A stretch of DNA of 64,000 nucleotides from an uncultured Bacteroidaceae bacterium. Lineage in GTDB: Bacteria > Bacteroidota > Bacteroidia > Bacteroidales > SM23-62. Made by a program: the position numbers and the translations under genes. Each line of letters begins with the position of its first letter. Positions within the stretch are counted from its first letter, which is position 1. Below, in pieces: positions 40,128 through 51,071 of this stretch. The DNA lies in the NCBI GenBank assembly GCA_963752525.1, contig CAVVYS010000004.1:317394-381393 (forward strand), written 5' to 3'. A model generated the notes under the pieces. The model did no database searches. It was given only the letters and a program-made list of their open reading frames with translations, and was not told the origin of the DNA.

Positions 40128-41414
40128 ATGAGACTACTTTTATTCAGTTACTTGCTGATATTTGTTTTTTCTTGCAGCAGCAATGAAGTTGACTCAATCA
40201 AAATAGAAAATATAGCCAAACTTGCTGCTGGTTGGGATGGCCAGGTTATTGGCAGCGCTACGGAGAGTTATGTTGGTTGGGATGTGGAAATTGGTGACGC
40301 CGATAATGATGGATATAAGGAGATACTCACTACAGGATGTCCTGGCAGTTCTCTTACAATGGTTAAACTGGAAGACGGAAAATGGAAGAACACATTACTG
40401 GCTGAGAATCTGGCAAAGACATTCCCAGGAATGGGATTGGCTGTAAAAATTGTCGACCTGGACCGCGATGGATCGAATGAGATCATCCTGGGAACAGGGC
40501 AGGAGGGAGCTGGTACAGCCTTTTATTATACTTTCAGGATAGAAAATTCTCAACTGGATACTTTGAACATTAGCCGGCCGGACTTCAACAAAAGTGGATA
40601 CACCCATAATCTGGCTCCTTACGATATTGATGGTGACGGAATGCTGGAAGTCATTTCTGCTTATTGTGGCAATGGAGAGATTATTCGTTATGATTATGAT
40701 GCTGGACTTGAAGAGGTAAGTGCCCGTAAAATTTACCAGCTTTCCGGTTCGGGAGAAGAATCACTGATTGCGGATGTTGACAATGATGGGCATGTTGAAT
40801 ATATCACATCAAATAGTTTCAGGAAGGAAGATGCAAAAGTAGAAATTTTTGAATTTGATGATGAGGGTGAATTGATACTTCCCCCACGACTCATTATCGA
40901 TGGTTATGATGGGAAGAAGTGTTTTTATGCATCTGTCATCATAGGCGATCTGGATAACGACAGCCAAAATGAATTGGTGATCGGGTGGAAACAGGACCAG
41001 AATATTAACCTGGGAACCATTCTTGGTTACCAGGTGGGTGATGAGGCTGAGATAAAGTATACATTTGCATATGAAGACAAAGATCTTGACCTATCCTATT
41101 TTGAGAAGATGATGGTTATTGCCGATCCTGACAATGATGGCCTAAACGAACTACTGGTTTCGACGCGGGGGGATAATCTGTCTGAGTTTATTGAAAGCGA
41201 ACATATGGGACACCTATTCATGTGGACTGTAGACAAGAATGAAATTGATAGGGATCTCCTACTTAATTTTCACGAAGGGGTCGCTTCCTCATCGTGGATT
41301 GATGTTGGCGATGCAGACAACGACGGTTTAAATGAAATTATTCTGGCCACAGGTGAAGGGGACCGTACCCTGAAGGGCAAATCCTATGTGGTGATGCTTA
41401 AAAAAGCAGACTGA
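40128..41414 (+). CDS. FG-GAP-repeat seven-bladed beta-propeller lipoprotein with calcium-binding DxDxDG loops
   Basis: Lipoprotein signal MRLLLFSYLLIFVFSCSS; seven repeats each with a D-x-D/N-x-D-G-x-x-E motif (DADNDGYKE, DLDRDGSNE, DIDGDGMLE, DVDNDGHVE, DLDNDSQNE, DPDNDGLNE, DADNDGLNE). Confidence 0.65.
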   Translation: MRLLLFSYLLIFVFSCSSNEVDSIKIENIAKLAAGWDGQVIGSATESYVGWDVEIGDADNDGYKEILTTGCPGSSLTMVKLEDGKWKNTLLAENLAKTFPGMGLAVKIVDLDRDGSNEIILGTGQEGAGTAFYYTFRIENSQLDTLNISRPDFNKSGYTHNLAPYDIDGDGMLEVISAYCGNGEIIRYDYDAGLEEVSARKIYQLSGSGEESLIADVDNDGHVEYITSNSFRKEDAKVEIFEFDDEGELILPPRLIIDGYDGKKCFYASVIIGDLDNDSQNELVIGWKQDQNINLGTILGYQVGDEAEIKYTFAYEDKDLDLSYFEKMMVIADPDNDGLNELLVSTRGDNLSEFIESEHMGHLFMWTVDKNEIDRDLLLNFHEGVASSSWIDVGDADNDGLNEIILATGEGDRTLKGKSYVVMLKKAD

Positions 41415-41473
41415 TCGATCAAGATCGGATGTAATTGGCCCTTACCTCAGGAACTTTTCCCTGTTTTGCAGAT

Positions 41474-42154
41474 TCAGCAGTCCGAGCAGCAACAATACGA
41501 TACTCGAAATAACCATGATGATCCGGTTCTGGCGGATGGTTTCAAGCCAGACAATTTCATTAACACTGTCCGGGTCCGGAAGGGATTCAGGAAGATGTTC
41601 CATTTTGAGTACTCAAGTTCTTCTGCAAGGATTAAGAATACCAGTCCCAGTACAACCATAATCACCGCCGTGGCGTTCCCATTCTTAACAATGGTGGATA
41701 CGCAAAATCCTAGTGTTGAGACAAAAAGGACCAGTATCATGAGCTGGGAGACCATTTCAAATATTGGTATGCTCACCAGGGCATAATGCGCCAGGGCAGC
41801 AAAGGGGAATAAAATTACATAGACAATGATCAGCACCATGAGTAAGCGAACCAGCCATACCTTGTAGCGATAATCAGGGATCCCGAATATAATTTCCAGT
41901 GTTCGCTGGTCGGCATCATTCTGTATCCCGAAAGCCGAGGGAAAGAAGACCAGCAGGATGGCCGGGAAGATCAGCAGACCGTAAACATCATGTATTCCCA
42001 GGTAATTATCATCAAAGGCCCTGATGGTTCCAAGCAGCAGGAAAAATCCAAAGGCGGCCAGAATAAAATAGACAAACTTACCCCCAAATACAATCCTGAT
42101 ATTATACCGTGCCAGGCTTATTATGTTATGCTGTATGTTTCTGAATTTTTTCAT
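41474..42154 (-). CDS. ABC-2-type transporter permease
   Basis: 226 aa, six predicted TM helices, directly downstream (8-nt gap) of an ABC ATPase. Confidence 0.55.
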   Translation of the reverse strand: MKKFRNIQHNIISLARYNIRIVFGGKFVYFILAAFGFFLLLGTIRAFDDNYLGIHDVYGLLIFPAILLVFFPSAFGIQNDADQRTLEIIFGIPDYRYKVWLVRLLMVLIIVYVILFPFAALAHYALVSIPIFEMVSQLMILVLFVSTLGFCVSTIVKNGNATAVIMVVLGLVFLILAEELEYSKWNIFLNPFRTRTVLMKLSGLKPSARTGSSWLFRVSYCCCSDC

Positions 42155-42162
42155 GAGAGGGT

Positions 42163-42990
42163 TCAGGCTGGGTTTTTATTTGATTGTAAGAGCCAGAGAT
42201 AAGCGTCTTCCAGCAAGGGATGCTCCTCCTCTGCATTTTCGAATGGTTTCTCCGCGGAGATGCAACTGACCCTGATCTGGTCATCGTCACGCATATGATG
42301 CATCACCAGCAGGTCTCTTGTACGTTCTTCAAATTCAGCCGCAGGCAACATGACTTTCCAGACCCTGCCTTTTGCTATCCCTGTCATCTCCCTTGGGGTG
42401 CCGTTAAACAAAACTTCACCATTGTTGATGACAGCCATGGTATTGCATGAACTTGAAATATCCTCAATGATATGCGTGGAGAAGATCACAATCCGGCTCC
42501 GGCTGAGCTCCACCAGCAGGTTCCTGAAGCGAATACGTTCCCTGGGATCCAGTCCCGCAGTAGGTTCATCCACCACCAGGATCCTGGGCAGGTGAAGCAA
42601 TACCTGTGCAATGCCAATGCGTTGCTTCATGCCTCCGGAATAGGACCCAATCTTTTTGTTCCGGCTATCCCACATATGAACAGCATTCAGGACTTCCTCT
42701 ATGCGCTTTTTACGCACTTCGGTCTCTGTTATGCCCTTGAGCATGGCCTGGTAATCGAGGTAGCCTGATGCAGTCATATTCTCATACATCCCAAACTCCT
42801 GGGGCAGGTAACCTATCAGTCCCTGCAGCTCTTCACGTTTTTCCTGGGTATCAATGCCATTGATCCAGATCTTCCCGTAACTCTGTTCCAGGATGCCGCA
42901 GATGATCCGAATCATGGTGGACTTTCCTGCACCGTTGGGACCAAGCAATCCAAACATGCCGGTCCCGATTTCCAGGGATACCCCCCTCAA
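42163..42990 (-). CDS. ABC transporter ATP-binding protein (N-terminus probably extends to ~43110)
   Basis: Walker A GPNGAGKST, Q-loop, signature YSGGMKQR, Walker B ILVVDEPTAGLD, H-loop. The in-frame upstream sequence (..HRIRFEGLETKKVRKIF..) looks like the true N-terminus but lacks a start codon before a TAG, suggesting a frameshift or atypical start. Confidence 0.85.
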   Translation of the reverse strand: MRGVSLEIGTGMFGLLGPNGAGKSTMIRIICGILEQSYGKIWINGIDTQEKREELQGLIGYLPQEFGMYENMTASGYLDYQAMLKGITETEVRKKRIEEVLNAVHMWDSRNKKIGSYSGGMKQRIGIAQVLLHLPRILVVDEPTAGLDPRERIRFRNLLVELSRSRIVIFSTHIIEDISSSCNTMAVINNGEVLFNGTPREMTGIAKGRVWKVMLPAAEFEERTRDLLVMHHMRDDDQIRVSCISAEKPFENAEEEHPLLEDAYLWLLQSNKNPA

Positions 42991-43081
42991 TGCCTTGAAT
43001 CTTTCCTTCTGTGTTCCAATCCCCGGTAAGATCTTAACCAGCCAGACAAACCAGCGGAAGATCTTCCGGACCTTCTTTGTT

Positions 43082-43570
43082 TCAAGTCCCTCGAACCTGA
43101 TCCTGTGCGCCTACCCAGGCAATGGCCAGCAGGAGATACCATATGCTGCCAGTAACAATGGTAAAAGCCAGGTTTTCCCATTCCATCTGGAAGAGGACCA
43201 GGATAAGCAGGGGTATGACATACCTGAAGAAGCCCTGTAATAAAGCCCAGCCATTTAACTCTGTAAAACTGCCGGAAACCCTTGATAACAATGAGAACAA
43301 AATACCATGATACAATAGATGCTACCAGTTTCCAGAAGCCGCTGACAAGGTAGAACCATGAGAAATAAATCAGGAAGATAAGCAAGGGGACCTGCCAGAT
43401 AAGGGCCTCGAACCTGGGCTTGGGATCGCTTTGTTTCTGCTCGGCAAGCTTTGCCATCCTCCGCCCTGTTTTATAATCCCGGGCAGCCTTGCCATCCCGT
43501 CCATAAATCTTAACCAGGTTTGCGATCCGTATATGAAGTTCCTCATGCTTTGAGATAATGCTGAGTTTTG
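43082..43570 (-). pseudogene. Small multi-TM membrane protein apparently split over three reading frames
   Basis: Hydrophobic, protein-like segments in three different minus-strand frames (IDSFIWKMAGGLLVLAGIPAAIWFM.. / ..HEELHIRIANLVKIYGRDGKAARDYKTGRRMAKLAEQ..LIWQVPLLIFLIYFSWFYLV.. / ..FRYVIPLLILVLFQMEWENLAFTIVTGSIWYLLLAIAWVG); the ORF-track pieces are 42987..43457 and 43082..43315. Confidence 0.3.
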
Positions 43571-46500
43571 CCTTTCCGAAGACTGCTTGTCATAAACCAG
43601 ATGGCTGCCGGTATCCCGGCTAGAACCAGTAAACCGCCTGCCATTTTCCAGATAAAGGAATCTATGTACCAGTATTACGATCATAAATCCTGCAATTTCC
43701 AATACCAGCATTAAAAGTTTCAAGGGGAGGTTCAGATCCCGGATCCAGTTAAGCGAATGTTCTATCCCGTTATACAGCATGGGGATAAACACCAGTGTGA
43801 ACAGGGTACTGACTATCAGTCCCCCAATAACCGTCACAGCAAAGGGTGGTCCGATGGCTTCCACATATTCTGCTTTTCCCATGGCCAGGGGGAGCATGGC
43901 CACGCATGTGGTCACTGCTGTGATCAGAATCGGCCTTACCCTTGAAAGTCCAGCTACCATTATGGCCCGGGTTCTCCTGTATCCATTCCTGCGAAGGATA
44001 TTGACAAAATCAATCAGGATGATGCCGTTATTTACCACGACACCCAGCAGGATCAGGAATCCGGTCAGGGTATTGGCATTGAAGAGGGAATTCCCGGTAA
44101 TGGTCAGGAAGAAAAATGAACCGATGGCTGCCAGGGGTATGGAGAAGAGCAGAACAAAGGGAGTTATAAATGATTCGAAAACGATAGCAAGTATCATATA
44201 GACCAGTAGCAAGGCAATGAGGAAGAGGTATTTGAATTCATCCAGGCTGGATTCCTCCTGAACGAGTTCTACAGCCACACCAGGTGGGATGCCTGCATTT
44301 TCAATAATATCTTCGATCTCCTCCCGGGCAAATTCCAGCAATTCCTTGGAATCGTAAACATCATCTATATACTGATAGCGGAGTTCAATTTGCTTCTCCT
44401 GGTTTACCCTTGATATCCCCCGCATGCCGGATGCATAGAAAATATCCGTAAAACTCTCAAGCTCAAAAAGATTTTCATCCTGCGCGTCAGGGATTTCCAT
44501 CAACCTCAATTCATCCATGGTTTTATCTTCCCTCGCATCTTCCAGCAGGCTCTCATCATATTTGATCATGATCTCATATTCCTCATTGCCCTGGCTGAAA
44601 GTGACACCTGAGCTAATTTCGTTCTGAAAGGAGCTAAGTTCGCTCATCACCTGGTTAAAGGTGATGTCGTAATCAGTCATCAGGAGGGTATTGAAATCAA
44701 GATGTACTTCCTGCTGGTTATCACGAATGGATAGATTTGCCCTGTTGATATTATCCAGTTCTTCAATATGTGACTGCAGAGCTTCTGCAACTTCAACCAT
44801 CAGGGCAAAATCCTGGCCTTTAAGCAGCAGGTATTCCTCATCTTCTCCAATGCCCATTAATTTTTGGAATCCTGCTGATCCGCCGGCATTCCGCCCCCGC
44901 CGCCCCCGCTTCTGAAGCCTCCTCCGCTGGCAGGTGCGGTCAGGCTGATACTTGCTGAAGGTGAATCCTCAACTTTTTCCAGTACATCTGATTGTATGGC
45001 ACCAAATGTTCTTTTCTTGATATCCACGTAATCATCATGCAGGATCAGGGTCACCATGGCCTCCTCCTCTTCTATGGTGGACACGATATCCTTTATTTCT
45101 TCTATCCCTTCAAGTTTCTCCTCTATGCCGGCCACCTCTTCATCGGTTGTTTCCAATGTGGCATCCGGAAGGCATGGTAACATAAACGGTTATCTGGTTT
45201 GTCTCCAGTTCGTTTAAAGTGTTTACAGATACTGACAGGCTGGCCAGGATGGTAACGAAGAAAAGGACCAGCACACCGATGATGGTAGGGGCGGGATTTC
45301 TAAGGGCAGTTTTCAGCAGAAAAAGATACAGTCGAACCCCGTGGTTATCCATTGAGACTTTCTGGTACACCTCCCTGGATCTCTTCTTTCTACGGGCAAT
45401 GATAACATGCACCACCATGGGTATCAGCAGCAGGGAAACAACCAGCGATACGGAAAGGGTGGAGATAATGGATACCCCGATGTGTTTGCCCAGGAGTTCT
45501 ACCAGGTAATTGGAGGAAAAAGCAAAGGGTATGAATACAGCAATCGTAGTGAGGGTGGCGGCCAATATGGACCGCCATACTTCTCGGGTTCCCTGAAGGA
45601 CGGCTTCTGTAGGTTTAAACCCAAGCGTTCGCAGGCGATAAATATTTTCGAGCACAACTACAGAGGTATCCAGCAACATACCAACTGCCAGGGCAATCCC
45701 CACCAGTGTCAGGCTGTTTATGGTAACCCCAAATCCGAAAAAGAAATTAAAGGCGGTATATATGGATACCGGCATGGCCAGTGCCACAACCACAACCAGG
45801 CTGATGTTCCGCAGGAATACCCAGAGAATAAATATTGCCAGGAGTCCCCCGGTAAGCGCCAGCCGTATGATCTGATTGATGTTATCTTCCATTAGCTTGG
45901 CAGTATCATCCTGCACAACGATCTCTATATCGTAAGCCTTATTACTCCGGTTAAGTCTTTCAATTTCATTCCTGATATCATGTGAGAGATCAATGATATT
46001 GGCCTGTGCATCATTGATCACGGTAAGGGAAACTGCCTCCTTGCCGTTTACCCTGCTGATGGTTTCTTCTTTCTTCTCTCCATAATAAACCTCGGCAATA
46101 TCTTTTAGCTGCACGGGATTGCTGCCCCGGCCCACAACAATATCCTCAATCTGCCTGATGTCCTGGTAATCTGCATCCAGGTACACAAAAAACCGCTGTC
46201 CTTCTTCCTTGATGGTACCCCCGTACTGCCGGAGATTCATATTTCGTGACAGCATGGTCCTTACCCTGGTAGGGGTAATCCTGTATGCATCACAGGCTGC
46301 CTTATTGAGGATTACATCTACTGATTTCTCCTGTCCCCCGTAAACATTTACAGCAGCCACCCCATCTACATTTTCCAGTTCAGGAATGATTTTCTGGTCT
46401 GCAAAATTCCTCACCCTGTTGGAACCTCCTGATCCGCGAACCTGCAAGGTCATCAGGATATTGGTGGTCAACTCGATATCCATCTTGATCACCGTTAAGT

Positions 46501-46864
46501 TGAATTCATCAGGCAGATCCCTGCTCAGGGTGGCAATTCTTTCATCCAGTTTCAGGTAGGCATATTTAAGGTCGGTATCACTTTCATAGGATATATAGAC
46601 TGTCCCCCTTCTCCTGTCCGCAGAAGATTCTATCAATTCAATGTTCTCCAGTCCCGCGATAGCCGCTTCCACCGGAATAATAGCATGCTGCTCCATATAT
46701 TCAGGGGTTACCTCAATCTGAGAGGTCACCTGAACAAAAAGCATGGGCAGCTCCGCATTGGGGAACATTTCCATTTTAAGCTGCTGGTAGGAGACATAGC
46801 CCAGCAAAGTGCTGGCTATAAACAGCATGGAAATGAGGGTCTTTCTTTTGATGATGAATTTCAT
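43370..46864 (-). pseudogene. RND (HAE1-type) efflux permease, second of a tandem pair, interrupted by two frameshifts (ORFs 45140..46864, 44857..45183, 43370..44857); may be a sequencing artefact
   Basis: N-terminal 574-aa piece, 108-aa piece and 495-aa C-terminal piece are contiguous parts of one AcrB-like protein. The junctions sit at a short run near 45165..45175 and a T5 run at 44861..44865; adding one T at the T5 run restores ...ADQQDSKKLMGIGEDEEYLL.... Confidence 0.75.
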
Positions 46865-49800
46865 GCTTCTTCCCCCGCATTCCTGGATTTAAACCACCTT
46901 AGTTCCATCTGGCCAAATAACATATATACAGAAGGTATCACCACTAGTGTAAGCAGGGTGGAGGTTACCAGTCCCCCAATAACCGCCCATGCCATGGGTG
47001 AACGCAGGGAGGCACTCTCCCCAAATCCGAAAGTAAGGGGCAGCAGGGCAAGTATGGTTGTCAGCGTGGTCATGATGATGGGCCTGATCCGTCTTTGTCC
47101 TGCAGCAACAATGGACTCCTTCAGTTTCATCCCGGATTTCCGGAACTGGTTTATGGCATCCACCAGGATGATGGAGTCATTCACCGCTATACCGACCAGC
47201 ATGATAATGCCAATGACTGCCATGATATTCAAGGCTTTTCCCTGCAGGTAGAAAATGCCAATGGCACCCACTACAGATAGTGGGACTGTCAATAAAATGG
47301 TGAAAGGGTGTACAAGGCTTTCAAATTGTGAGGCAAGCACCATATATACCAGGATCAGCGACAGTAGAAGTGCAAATCCGAGACTGCTCATGGATTCTTT
47401 TCTCAGGGCCTCCTCACCTGTTATACGGAATCTGTGTTCAGGGGGAAATTCTACATCCTGCAGGCTAAGGCTGATGGTTTCGGCCATCCTGTCAAGAGGA
47501 GTGTGCCCCTCGAGGTCAGCAGTGATCCTTACGATGCGGTTCTGGTTATTATGCAATATTTCCCTGGGTGAATTCCCAATATTGATTTCGGCAACCTCCC
47601 GCAGAAGCACCTCAACATTATCCACTGTAATGGTCAGCGTTTCAAGTTCCTGAAGGCTGATATCCTCCAGCTTAACGGTGATGTCTTTCAGTTCGCCTTT
47701 AATATCCATCTGTCCCGCACTGGTCCCCTGAAGCTTCTCACTCACCCTGCTGACCAGGGTATTGACATCAATGTTCATCAGTCCCGCTCTATACCTGTCA
47801 ATCTTTATATCAACTTCGGGAGCCCCTCCTTCGATGGAGGAGGAAATATTTTGTAAGCCTTCAATTTTATTCAGCTCCATGATAACCTTTTCACTCAGGT
47901 CTTCCAGTACCTCCGTCTCAGTCCCGACCAGTTCAACCACCAATGGGGCTTCATCAGTACCCAGGATGGAACGCAATGCGGTTTCCTCCTGCCGGCCAAT
48001 CATTTCAATGTTCGAATTGTCTGCATAATAAAACGTCAGCGATTGAATAAGCGATGAGGCTGTGGTTTTTCCGTTCCTGACCAGTTTTACCTTCAGGGTT
48101 GCCATGTTCTGATCATCAAAAACATCTTCACCTCCGGTTGAGAGTCCGGAGGTCGGACCTATCTCACTGTACACAAGTTCAACTTCATCCGGGGCCAGTT
48201 CCCTGACCAGGTTCTCAAGGGTCTCAACAGCTCCCGCCGTCCTTTCAAGCCTTGTGCCTTCCGGCATCTTAAGGTCAACAAAGAACTCCCGGGTATCTGT
48301 CCTGGGCATGAACTCGCTTCCAAGCTGCTTCATCATCAGCCAGCCTAAGCCAATCAGTCCGAATGCACCCAGCAGTACCCATCCTTTATAATCCAGTGAT
48401 TTTTCAAGGAAACGGCCGTATCTGGTGAACTGGATCGATTTCTTTTCTTTTCTGGTAAAAGGTGTTTTTTTCCGGTAGACACGGGTATAGAGCATGGGGA
48501 TGATCAGGATGGCTACAACCAGGGAGCAAAGCAGGGAAAATGCCACCGTGAAGGCCTGTTCCTTAAACAATTCTCCGGCGGCGCCATGCATATATACTAT
48601 GGGGATGAATACCACTATGGTGGTAAGGGTCGACGCAATGATGGCTCCTCCTACCTGGGAGGTACCATTAACTGCTGCTTCTCGTTCTGAATTGCCTGCT
48701 TCATGGTTCCTGAATATATTTTCCAGCACTACAATGGCATTGTCCACCAGCATACCTGCCCCCAGTGCGAGTCCGCCGAGGGTCATTATATTGAGTGTAA
48801 GATCGGCAAAATACATCAGGGCAAAAGTGGCTATGATGGAGATGGGTATGGCCGCACTAACGATGGCTGTGGGACCAATCCGTCGCAGAAAGATGAACAG
48901 TACAAAGACCGCCAGTATAATTCCTCCTATGGCACTGTTCCGGACCTCCCTGATAGCTCCTGAAATAAATTCACCCTGATCCTCAACAATGGTAAAAGTA
49001 AAACCGGGCAGGGACTTCTCCATCTCTTCCAGGGCTTCCCGCAATTGCTCCACTGCCCTTACGGTGTTATATCGCATTTCTTTGTATATGCTCAACCCGA
49101 CACATGATTCACCATTCAGCCTGACTGAATTTTCAAGATCTTTTGGCTGCAGGGAGATGGTAGCAAGGTCCCCCAGAAGAACGGGGATACGCTCTCCTGC
49201 TGCGGACTCGTCGGGCTGTCCCATTCTCACGATGATATTTTCCAGCTCATTGATCTGTTCCAGCTGGCTTAGTCCACGTACAATATAACGCCTCCCCATC
49301 TCTACAATGGAGCCTCCTGAGAGGTTCTGGTTGAAATTCTGGATCCTGTTTGAAATGGTCGCCAGGTCTACATTGTATGATTTTAGCAGGTAATCGTTCG
49401 TTTCTATCAAAACCTCAATTTCCTCGGCACCATCAATCTCCACATCAGCTATGCCCTCCAGCCTTATCAATTCATTTTTGACATAATTTTCCGCTACTTT
49501 ACGAAGCTCATTTAAATCATCTGTTTCTGTATGTTGAAAGGCCACAAGCATGACCGGATCAGCATTCGGATCATGCTGGGTAATATTAATCTCGTCCAGG
49601 TCTTCCTGGTTGAAGGAAGACAGGGCTTTGGACAGGTCAAGGAAAGCCTCGTCCATATTCTTGTCCCAGCTGTATTCCACCTCAATCTGTGCAACTCCTA
49701 CACGGGAGACTGATGAGACATTGCTTACTCCGCTTTGCCGGATTGCCAATGCTTCAATCCTGTCTACAAACTTTTCTTCAATCTCCTCGGGTGGACGTTC

Positions 49801-49962
49801 CCCGGATTTCAACTCGATAAATAAACGTGGATTGTTGAGGTCGGGAAACAGATCAATCCCCAGCTTGTCAAAAGAAATATATCCAAGCAGCAAGGTGGCA
49901 AGAATGATCATACTGACCGAGACCGGGTAGTCAACAGAGAATTTGGTAATGGATTTCAACAT
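46861..49962 (-). CDS. RND (HAE1-type, AcrB/MdtB-like) efflux permease, first of tandem pair
   Basis: 1033 aa, 12-TM topology with two large periplasmic loops, hallmark motifs (GGLALGAGMLVDNAIVVLENI, LAVGIAVNDSIILVD). Confidence 0.9.
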   Translation of the reverse strand: MLKSITKFSVDYPVSVSMIILATLLLGYISFDKLGIDLFPDLNNPRLFIELKSGERPPEEIEEKFVDRIEALAIRQSGVSNVSSVSRVGVAQIEVEYSWDKNMDEAFLDLSKALSSFNQEDLDEINITQHDPNADPVMLVAFQHTETDDLNELRKVAENYVKNELIRLEGIADVEIDGAEEIEVLIETNDYLLKSYNVDLATISNRIQNFNQNLSGGSIVEMGRRYIVRGLSQLEQINELENIIVRMGQPDESAAGERIPVLLGDLATISLQPKDLENSVRLNGESCVGLSIYKEMRYNTVRAVEQLREALEEMEKSLPGFTFTIVEDQGEFISGAIREVRNSAIGGIILAVFVLFIFLRRIGPTAIVSAAIPISIIATFALMYFADLTLNIMTLGGLALGAGMLVDNAIVVLENIFRNHEAGNSEREAAVNGTSQVGGAIIASTLTTIVVFIPIVYMHGAAGELFKEQAFTVAFSLLCSLVVAILIIPMLYTRVYRKKTPFTRKEKKSIQFTRYGRFLEKSLDYKGWVLLGAFGLIGLGWLMMKQLGSEFMPRTDTREFFVDLKMPEGTRLERTAGAVETLENLVRELAPDEVELVYSEIGPTSGLSTGGEDVFDDQNMATLKVKLVRNGKTTASSLIQSLTFYYADNSNIEMIGRQEETALRSILGTDEAPLVVELVGTETEVLEDLSEKVIMELNKIEGLQNISSSIEGGAPEVDIKIDRYRAGLMNIDVNTLVSRVSEKLQGTSAGQMDIKGELKDITVKLEDISLQELETLTITVDNVEVLLREVAEINIGNSPREILHNNQNRIVRITADLEGHTPLDRMAETISLSLQDVEFPPEHRFRITGEEALRKESMSSLGFALLLSLILVYMVLASQFESLVHPFTILLTVPLSVVGAIGIFYLQGKALNIMAVIGIIMLVGIAVNDSIILVDAINQFRKSGMKLKESIVAAGQRRIRPIIMTTLTTILALLPLTFGFGESASLRSPMAWAVIGGLVTSTLLTLVVIPSVYMLFGQMELRWFKSRNAGEEA

Positions 49963-49994
49963 TATTACTGGAGATTAAATTCGGGATAGATTTT

Positions 49995-51057
49995 TTACCT
50001 GAGAACTTTGACCCTGGACTTGTCCCTCAGGGTCTCAAATCCTTTGCTGACAACAGACTCTCCAGGTTCGAGTCCCGATATAACCTCGACCCTGTCACTG
50101 CTTTCCAGTCCCGTAGTAATCGTCCTCTCATTGGCTACTCCCCTTTCCACAACAAATACTGTCCGCGTCCTGTTCCTGGTAACAATGATATCTTTGGGTA
50201 TGATGACCTTGTTCTCGGCACTGTTAATTACCAGGTCTGCTTTTACAAACATCCCGGGCAGTATTTTTTCTGCTACTATTCGCTACACTGACCAAACATT
50301 TAAAGGTCCTGGCTTCAGGATCAATGGCCGGTGATATCTGAGAGATCTCACCGATCAGTGTATCCAGGGGACTGGTATAACTGGTGACATAGACCTTATA
50401 GCCCTTATTAACATTATCAAAATACTTTTCAGGAAGATTGGTTTCCAGGTACAACATACTGTAATTGATGACCTTTACCAGCATAGTATTTGCGGCAACC
50501 CTGGTGCCATTGGTAAAATATGGCAGTTCCGAAATGACTCCCGAAAAAGGGGCCCTCACGGACATCTTGTAGAGGTTGATCCGGCTGCTCTCTATCTCAT
50601 ATTCTGAATTGATGAATCCTATTTCGGCATTTTTCAATTCACGCAGTGTAGCACCACCCTTTTCATACAGGGATTTCTGCTTGTCAAATTCCTGCCGGGA
50701 AATTTCCAGATCCACTTCCTTTGACCTGATCCGCAGGTTATTATAATACTCCTCATCCTCGAGTTTGATGATGACGGCTCCCGCCTTTACCTTATCACCC
50801 AGGATATAAGGTCTTCCTGTTGCCGGATTGTTTTGAAGCCGGTACTTGCCTGCTATTTCAGATTCAAGGCTGACTTCCTTGATGGGGAAAACCGTTCCGG
50901 TGGTGTTGATAAACTCTTCCAGGGAAGAGGTGTCTACCTCTATTACTCCCACAGGGACTTCAATAGAGGTTTCAACATTCAGATCGGGCTGCTTGCATGA
51001 ATTTCCGGTTAGCAGGGCAGCTATCAGGATGGTGAATAGTAATCTTGTTTTTTTCAT
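49995..51057 (-). pseudogene. RND-family periplasmic adaptor (membrane fusion protein) lipoprotein, one frameshift (ORFs 50224..51057 and 49995..50252); may be a sequencing artefact
   Basis: N-terminal lipobox (LLTGNSC), coiled-coil hairpin and beta-barrel domains in the 277-aa ORF; membrane-proximal domain in the 85-aa ORF. Removing one base from the T6 run at 50264..50269 yields a continuous ...ANSSRKILPGMFVKADLVINSAENKVIIPKD.... Confidence 0.8.
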
Positions 51058-51071
51058 CAGTATATCTTGAT

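Noticed and set aside
43370-43560. Long hydrophilic C-terminal tail (...GRRFTGSSRDTGSHLVYDKQSSERQNS...) of the RND-2 ORF as a genuine cytoplasmic extension
   Set aside because: An overlapping alternative frame encodes a convincing TM helix and the following gene's apparent N-terminal region; the tail is therefore more likely out-of-frame read-through of the neighbouring frameshifted membrane-protein gene.
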